From contig CAXBID010000001.1 in assembly GCA_963975495.1 (NCBI GenBank), positions 1 through 40,800 of the forward strand: a stretch of 40,800 nt of DNA. Reading direction: 5' to 3'. The translations under genes and the position numbers were made by a program. Positions 36,532-40,800 of the stretch are shown piece after piece. The stretch is from an uncultured Flavobacteriaceae bacterium (GTDB lineage: Bacteria; Bacteroidota; Bacteroidia; Flavobacteriales; Flavobacteriaceae). The notes beneath the pieces are model-generated. The model saw nothing but the letters and a program-made list of their open reading frames with translations. It was not told where the DNA came from and ran no database searches. Every line of letters begins with the position of its first letter. Position 1 is the stretch's first letter.

Positions 36532-36567
36532 GCTGTTTTTACTATTAACACCTTAAACTCTAAAAAA

Positions 36568-37149
36568 ATGAAACGCAGAATTATCCCCATCACATTGATA
36601 CTAACCATCATCATGTTATTGCCTGCACGTGCTAAGTGCCAGGGGATGCCGGTTTATGATAATACCAACTTTATAAGTTTGGCTAAGTCACTTGTAGAAT
36701 CGGCAAAACAAACGTCGCAGCTTTTAAAGTCTGTTGAGTTTTTAAAACAACAAAAAGAAAACCTTGAAAAGGTAAACAATGTTATCAAACAACTCAAAGC
36801 CGTCAAGGAATTGACCAAGAACAACCAGAAACTCTTTAATATGGTCCAAAACGATTTAAGGGACATTCTAAACTCTCCATATATCAAGTCTGAAGAAGTC
36901 GATCGCATTTCAGAATCATTCAATAGCATTATAGAACAATCTCTGGATGACCTTGATTTTATAGGCCAGATTTTGTCAAGCGATACCATGAAAATGACCG
37001 ACGCTGAGCGAGCCATGTTTTTAAAGGAAAAAGAACAGCAATCCAAGGAAATGGTTGCAGAAATAGAACAAAAAACCAGACTGTATAAAGAGATTATCTC
37101 TTTTAGAACCATGCAAGATAAAATCAATAATAGAGAAACCAATTATTAG
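36568..37149 (+). CDS. Secreted coiled-coil T4SS protein (TraI/TrbJ/VirB5-like position)
   Basis: Signal peptide, then PVYDNTNFISLAKSLVESAKQTSQLLKS, resembling the TrbJ/VirB5-type N-terminus. It lies between traG and traJ. Confidence 0.5.
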   Translation: MKRRIIPITLILTIIMLLPARAKCQGMPVYDNTNFISLAKSLVESAKQTSQLLKSVEFLKQQKENLEKVNNVIKQLKAVKELTKNNQKLFNMVQNDLRDILNSPYIKSEEVDRISESFNSIIEQSLDDLDFIGQILSSDTMKMTDAERAMFLKEKEQQSKEMVAEIEQKTRLYKEIISFRTMQDKINNRETNY

Positions 37150-37151
37150 AC

Positions 37152-38000
37152 ATGGCGGGTATTTTTTTAGGCATAGGTTTGGAATATGTGGACGCTGTTT
37201 TTACCACGATCAAGAACAGTGATTTTTCACAGTACACGATTACAGGTATGAAAACCTTGGCGATTTTGTTCTTTTTGATCAATATCCTAAAAAAATATAA
37301 TGAAGGCATTGCCAATAATGATGGCTATACCTGGGGATTGACCCCTACGGAACTTGCTAAGAATTTTGCCGTGGTCATTCTGGTAATTTTCTCAACACAG
37401 GTATTGGCTGTCTTTGACGGAATTTTGGTGGCCATAGAGACCCAATACAGAGACACGGCTCCAGCACTCCTTCCATTGCAAATGCAAGATGTCGATTTGG
37501 AAAAGGATGTGAGTGCTTTGGAAGCCGCCAGTAAAGCCATGTCTTTGCTTTATGAAGCACTGGTGACGCCCTTGTTCGGATTGAAGGTCATTGCCTTTAT
37601 CATAGGTCTGTTTCTATGGTTGTTGGATCTGTTCATTTATCCATTGTTTCTGGCAGAGCGTTATTTTTTATTAGGGATTATGCAGGCTTTTTTTCCATTG
37701 GTTATTAGTCTAGCTGTTTTTGAAAAGTTCAGAGGTTTAGCTTACAACTTTTTTAAACTGTATGCAGGTGTCTATATGTTAGTGCCCGCTTTTTTTCTAG
37801 TGAATGTCTTTGTCAATAATCTATATACAGAAGTGAACACTAATTTTTGGTCAACGCTCTTTGGAACGGACTGGGGCAGTCAATTCTTTGCACCCGTAAT
37901 TCAATTGGGATCCATAGGATTTGTCGTATTGCTAAAATTCAAACTATATAGACGAGCCACCTCTTTTACAATCAAACTTTTCACAGGTGGTGGTGCCTAA
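37152..38000 (+). CDS. traJ: TraJ conjugative transposon membrane protein (VirB6-like)
   Basis: Polytopic membrane protein of 282 aa. Position and size fit TraJ. Confidence 0.7.
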   Translation: MAGIFLGIGLEYVDAVFTTIKNSDFSQYTITGMKTLAILFFLINILKKYNEGIANNDGYTWGLTPTELAKNFAVVILVIFSTQVLAVFDGILVAIETQYRDTAPALLPLQMQDVDLEKDVSALEAASKAMSLLYEALVTPLFGLKVIAFIIGLFLWLLDLFIYPLFLAERYFLLGIMQAFFPLVISLAVFEKFRGLAYNFFKLYAGVYMLVPAFFLVNVFVNNLYTEVNTNFWSTLFGTDWGSQFFAPVIQLGSIGFVVLLKFKLYRRATSFTIKLFTGGGA

Positions 38001-38051
38001 GGCGCATTTAAGATGAATCAATAATTAAAAAAACAAAAAACACAAACCCAA

Positions 38052-38669
38052 ATGGAAACAAAAACACCTTATAGAAACATCTATACCATCTTAAAACTGA
38101 ACCGTTTTATTGTTTTAGCGGTTGTTATTGGAGCAACCATCATCAGTGTTATATCCGTGGTATTGGTCATAAAGCTGCATAAAGAAACCGTCAACAATGC
38201 TTTTGTGGTGAATGCTGATGGCAGTATCATTCCTTTAAAAATGGTCAATCAACAGGAAAATCTGGAAGTAGAAGCGTTGGAACATTTGGAACTGTTCCAT
38301 ACCTATTTTTATGATATACATGCTTCAAATTATGAAAAAAACCTAGAAAAGTCCTTATGGTTGGGCAACAGTTCAGTGGATGCTTTATATAGACAGAAAA
38401 AAGCAGATGGTGTTTATAATCGTTTACTCCAGTACTCATTGGTCCAAAAGGTATTGTCGGTCGAATCCAAATTGAACCTACAAAAAGAGCCCTATACATT
38501 TGAGACCCTAACGGTATTTGAGGTGAACCGAGGAACTATAACGGACACCTATGAACTGGTCACTACGGGAAATCTGATCCATGTGGATAGAAACTTTCCG
38601 AAGAATACCCATGGACTGTTGATTACCAATTTTTTTGAAAACAGCCTACGAAAAATAGAAATCCCATAA
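38052..38669 (+). CDS. traK: TraK conjugative transposon protein
   Basis: 205 aa with a single N-terminal TM helix. Position and size are typical of TraK. Confidence 0.7.
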   Translation: METKTPYRNIYTILKLNRFIVLAVVIGATIISVISVVLVIKLHKETVNNAFVVNADGSIIPLKMVNQQENLEVEALEHLELFHTYFYDIHASNYEKNLEKSLWLGNSSVDALYRQKKADGVYNRLLQYSLVQKVLSVESKLNLQKEPYTFETLTVFEVNRGTITDTYELVTTGNLIHVDRNFPKNTHGLLITNFFENSLRKIEIP

Positions 38670-38691
38670 ACACATTTAAAAACCAGAAAAA

Positions 38692-39618
38692 ATGAAACTA
38701 GAGAAAAACAAAATCTTGATTATTGGCGTAATTATTTGCGTCATCCTATTTATTGGGGTTTATGCCTCGATATTATTGGGAGACGATGAAGCACCTACCT
38801 TAGACAGCAATCAGATTCCTGTGCCAAGGTTAGAAGATGGCCAAAAGGAATATGAGTCGAAATTGGATGCGCTCAATGATCTAAAGGAAGTCAAGCAGAC
38901 CAATGCGCCCAGTATCTATGATGAACGGTTGTTGGATTCCATGGGCGTTTATGACCCAGATTTATTGGATAAGGAAAAGATGCGGATGGTGGATAGTATT
39001 TATAGTCAAGGACGTATCAATTATTCTGAAAACGCATATAGAAATGAACCCCCTAAAGTTCCATTTAAGGTTATCGAGCCAAAAACAGATTCCGTAAGAT
39101 TCGAATTAGTGCCCACTATTACAACAAAGGAAATAGGATTGGAACACCAGCTTTTTTTTGCATCAGACCCTAAGGAAAATATGCAAAAACCATTGAATAC
39201 AGATTTCTTCATTCCGGTAGTTGTAGATGGCACCCAAACCGTCAAAACCCATTATAGATTAAGAATGCGTGTAATGAAGGATGCCATCCTAAATAATGTA
39301 AGGATTCCAAGAAACACCCTTATATATGGATTTGTGAGTTTTCAACCCAATCGAACTATCATTGAAATTGAAAACATCAACCATCAATCCGTTAAGCTAA
39401 ACGCTTTTGATCTTCAGGATGGAAGCGAGGGTATTTATGTGGAGAATAGTTTTCGTGCAGATGCCACCCGTGAGGTGGTGGATGATGTGATTCAGGATAT
39501 AAATATAGCAGGCGTGCCACAAATTGGAGGCGTTAAGAAAATATTCCAACGCAACAACAGAAATATAAAGGTGACAGTATTGAACAATTATCAATTAGTC
39601 CTAAAACCTAAACAATAA
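38692..39618 (+). CDS. traM: TraM conjugative transposon protein (VirB10-like)
   Basis: N-terminal TM helix, a Pro/acidic linker and a C-terminal beta domain. It lies between traK and traN. No traL ORF is seen. Confidence 0.65.
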   Translation: MKLEKNKILIIGVIICVILFIGVYASILLGDDEAPTLDSNQIPVPRLEDGQKEYESKLDALNDLKEVKQTNAPSIYDERLLDSMGVYDPDLLDKEKMRMVDSIYSQGRINYSENAYRNEPPKVPFKVIEPKTDSVRFELVPTITTKEIGLEHQLFFASDPKENMQKPLNTDFFIPVVVDGTQTVKTHYRLRMRVMKDAILNNVRIPRNTLIYGFVSFQPNRTIIEIENINHQSVKLNAFDLQDGSEGIYVENSFRADATREVVDDVIQDINIAGVPQIGGVKKIFQRNNRNIKVTVLNNYQLVLKPKQ

Positions 39619-39650
39619 ATCGAAAAAAGAAATTTATAAAAACTTAAATT

Positions 39651-40448
39651 ATGAAAACAATTATCACATTTATAATGCTTGTTTGTTCCATATCAATATA
39701 TGCACAGCAATCTTCAGTAGACACCATTTTTGCAAATGATAAAATGAATGTGTCACTGTTTTTTCCAAATCAAATTCGTCAAGGAATTACAGGTACCGAA
39801 AATTTTGTACTCACATACAATAGGGAAAAGGAACAATATTTTGGATTGTTACAGGCAAAGCCTGGAGAAGAAAGCAATTTATTGATCATTACAAATGATG
39901 GCCAGGTGTACTCCTATATCCTAAAATACTCAGAGCATCTATCCAAGCTGAATTATTTCATACAGGAAGAAGAAAGTATAGGCAATGAAAAACCTAAGAT
40001 TATCGACTCGCTAATCGTTAAGGACACATTGATGGATATAAATGACAAAACGATTTATTATAAGAAATTTTCTGAATATCTATTGAAATCTAAACTTTGC
40101 CCTATTGGAACAAAAAGAAATAAAGGTATGGTTTTAAGATTATTGAAAGTAGCTTATAACAAAGATGACGTGTATTTAGTCATAGAAATTAGGAACCATT
40201 CAGGAATAGATTTTGAAATTGATTACTTGAATGTCTCAAGAGTGCAGGGTAATAAAAAGCGCAAGGCTTCTTACCAAAGTTTAGAGCAAGAGGTCATTTA
40301 TAAACACGACATGCCAAAAACTGTCGGAAACAATAATGCCAAGCGATTGGTTTATGTACTTCCTAAATTTGTTTTAGGTGAGAATGAGAGATTGCAAATA
40401 GAGTTAAGGGAGTTAAAAGGGAGTAGAAAACTGGTTCTTAGGTATTGA
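39651..40448 (+). CDS. traN: TraN conjugative transposon protein (VirB9-like)
   Basis: Signal peptide, 265 aa. It is the last tra gene before the terminator, and its position fits the TraN family. Confidence 0.7.
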   Translation: MKTIITFIMLVCSISIYAQQSSVDTIFANDKMNVSLFFPNQIRQGITGTENFVLTYNREKEQYFGLLQAKPGEESNLLIITNDGQVYSYILKYSEHLSKLNYFIQEEESIGNEKPKIIDSLIVKDTLMDINDKTIYYKKFSEYLLKSKLCPIGTKRNKGMVLRLLKVAYNKDDVYLVIEIRNHSGIDFEIDYLNVSRVQGNKKRKASYQSLEQEVIYKHDMPKTVGNNNAKRLVYVLPKFVLGENERLQIELRELKGSRKLVLRY

Positions 40449-40472
40449 AAATTTCAGATTAAAATTTATTTG

Positions 40473-40499
40473 AGCGTCTTATAAAGACGCTTTTTTTTT
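40473..40499 (+). terminator. Rho-independent terminator after traN
   Basis: agcgtctt (40473-40480) pairs with aagacgct (40484-40491), followed by a T9 run. Confidence 0.75.
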
Positions 40500-40745
40500 A
40501 ACATGATTTGATAATGATTAATACCTGTTTTTAAATAGAATATTGAAGCTTATAATATTTTGAAATCGAAGTGTAGTTGCAAAAAAAAGTAATTTTATTT
40601 TGTTGATTTTGAATGCATTTATTATATCTTTATAAAGGATTGAAACTCAATTTGCGACAATCTAATTCAATCATAAAGGTAGCTATATAGACACCTTGAT
40701 ATCTTTCATGTTTCTAAACAATTGAAATTCTGATACTTACACGAT

Positions 40746-40770
40746 GGGTTTGAATCCAGTCGAGGTCACA
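40746..40770 (+). other. tRNA 3'-end-like fragment (T-loop plus acceptor 3' strand), candidate att core
   Basis: gggtttgaatccagtcgaggtcaca contains a GGTTyGAATCC-like T-arm. No matching 5' acceptor strand or D-arm lies upstream. A hairpin follows: agctttcaa / ttgaaagct, 40780-40800. Confidence 0.3.
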
Positions 40771-40800
40771 AATAAAAAAGCTTTCAATTTCTTGAAAGCT

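Larger units (their letters stand above)
1..40745. mobile_element. Bacteroidota CTnDOT-like integrative conjugative element, partial (left end and integrase outside window)
   Basis: One contiguous block carries BtgA/BtgB-type mob genes, a T4 coupling protein, RteC, an excisionase-like HTH and the gene order traE-like/traF-like/traG/traJ/traK/traM/traN. AT-rich cargo islands are interspersed. A tRNA 3'-like fragment lies at 40746-40770. Confidence 0.7.

Noticed and set aside
36654-37142. 162-aa minus-strand ORF antisense to the TraI/VirB5-like gene
   Set aside because: It overlaps a gene that fits the tra operon order completely, and it has no motifs. It is a shadow ORF.
1-40800. CRISPR arrays, rRNA genes, complete tRNA genes, transposases or integrases
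   Set aside because: I saw no regularly spaced direct repeats, no rRNA-like conserved blocks, no full cloverleaf (only the 3' fragment at 40746-40770), and no ORF with DDE transposase or tyrosine/serine recombinase motifs in this window.

Overview
Almost the whole window reads as a partial Bacteroidota (Flavobacteriia-like) CTnDOT-type integrative conjugative element (ICE). This is inferred from gene content only; no database search was possible. Modules in order: ssb fragment and small conserved genes (1-1018); BtgA/BtgB-type mobilisation genes plus a coupling protein (1435-4459); an AT-rich toxin-antitoxin and HTH patch (4491-7830); a cargo ECF-sigma/FecR/SusC/SusD/thioredoxin-fold locus (8189-16304). 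A convergent minus-strand cluster follows: TPR histidine kinase, LuxR regulator, MauE/DoxX protein, Cys-rich secreted peptide (16301-21312). Then LytTR/RteC/excisionase-like/DnaC-like regulation and replication genes (21540-24981); a very AT-rich defence island (about 24990-32650); an amidase; and a T4SS operon from traE-like to traN (33531-40448). A tRNA 3'-end-like fragment at 40746-40770 may mark the element boundary. The best candidate for a new system is a five-gene, tightly coupled operon at 27746-32597. It encodes a cGAS/DncV-like nucleotidyltransferase with an acidic tail ending in Gly, then one polypeptide fusing E2 (HPN...Cys), E1 (GxGxxG) and JAB (HxHx7Sx2D) domains. Next come a PD-(D/E)xK-type nuclease that is frameshifted in this sequence, a small ParB/Srx-like (DGHHR) protein and a HAD-like phosphatase. 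It resembles type II CBASS but differs in fusion, effector and accessory genes. Other points of interest: two AbiE-type modules, one with a repeated TTTGCCAAA operator-like motif; a hipA remnant at the cassette border; and a G+C-rich nested-helix intergenic element at 7900-8130. All family names come from motif recognition and need HMM or structure confirmation.
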